Source of the DNA: Octopus bimaculoides
Taxonomy: Eukaryota
Direction: 5' to 3'
Length of the DNA stretch: 46,128 nt
Assembly: GCF_001194135.2 (NCBI RefSeq)
Contig: NC_068986.1
Coordinates: forward strand, 42,635,452-42,681,579
Shown: in pieces, positions 45,545-46,128 of the stretch
Layout of the letters: every line of letters starts with the position of its first letter
Numbering within the stretch: position 1 is the first letter of the stretch
Translations under genes and position numbers: made by a program
The notes under the pieces: generated by a model
What the model was told of the DNA's origin: nothing
The model's input: the letters and a program-made list of their open reading frames with translations, nothing else
Database searches by the model: none

Positions 45545-45894
45545 CAGGGGTTGGCCAACCAGGGTAAATTACCTCAAGGGGGGTAAAAATGAAATTCTTG
45601 GAGGGTATAAGGATTCATTAGACATAAGTAAAATTACATAAAAGACATGTTTCTTGTTAAGACAGAAATTTTTATTCTGACATGAGGAAGCAGTCAAAAA
45701 GTTGCCACCTTTTACAACAACTTACCTTTGCAAACAAGGATTTTCCCCTCTAATGAACATCGATTGGACCCTGAAGACTGTACCCAAATTGCTCTGGCAT
45801 CAAAATACCTCAATTTTGATGTAAATGTAACAAAAATGAAGCTACATCATTTCTCCAAAATCTGAAGTGAAAAAGTTTCTAGAAAAATTCTATT
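45545..45894 (+). mobile_element. hAT/Charlie-type element 5' end inserted into a SINE-A remnant, truncated
   Basis: CAGGGGTTGGCCAACC preceded by GTCTAGGA (nTCTAGRn target). No partner TIR visible; the right boundary is approximate. Confidence 0.5.
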
Positions 45895-45897
45895 CAT

Positions 45898-45928
<31 letters not shown>

Positions 45929-46128
45929 GTTTAACGTCCGCTTTCCATGCTAGCATGGGTTGGACGATTTGACTGAGGACTGGTGAAACCGGATGGCAAC
46001 ACCAGGCTGCAGTCTAATTTGGCAGAGTTTCTACAGCTGGATGCCCTTCCTAACGCCAACCACTCAGAGAGTGTAGTGGGTGCTTTTACGTGTCACCCGC
46101 ACGAAGACGGCCACGCTCGAAATGGTGT
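45895..46128 (-). mobile_element. Young-looking (GAT)n-tailed retroelement 3' module, running off the window
   Basis: (CAT)n + cgtttaacgtccgctttccatgctagcatgggttggacg..ggatgcccttcctaacgccaacc; many CpGs retained compared with other copies. Confidence 0.88.

Noticed and set aside
36515-46128. Next TRAF3IP1 exon (expected GSGK..VI..DD.F motif)
   Set aside because: No AG-preceded phase-2 frame with this motif was found. It probably lies beyond the window.

Overview
AT-rich, repeat-saturated eukaryotic DNA, most likely an Octopus scaffold (inferred from the SINE/RTE/MITE families I recognise and the short N gaps). The only host gene I can support is TRAF3IP1 (IFT54/MIP-T3): three small + strand exons (13767-13830, 29305-29404, 36428-36514) with canonical splice sites and matching phases, including the SAR(R/P)APP motif. 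The ORF track misses all three. Everything else appears to be intron filled with decayed transposons: a complete Buster/Charlie-type hAT with TIRs and TSD, a complete maT/DD37D-like Tc1/mariner with TIRs, a mariner fragment, RTE LINE fragments of about four lineages, CR1-like, R4-like and Penelope GIY-YIG remnants, several tRNA-derived SINE families, two TTAA-flanked MITE families and microsatellites. The least-explained structures are a loop-less 68-bp palindrome (9410-9477), a ~33-bp minisatellite whose unit overlaps kB-like, STAT-GAS and ETS motifs (37268-37567), a fold-back at a LINE 5' junction ~50 bp upstream of an exon, a domain-permuted RTE remnant, and many inverted repeat pairs that could make the pre-mRNA double-stranded. 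I found no CRISPR array, rRNA or genuine tRNA gene, and no firm evidence of a novel system. All identifications are by eye, without database searches.
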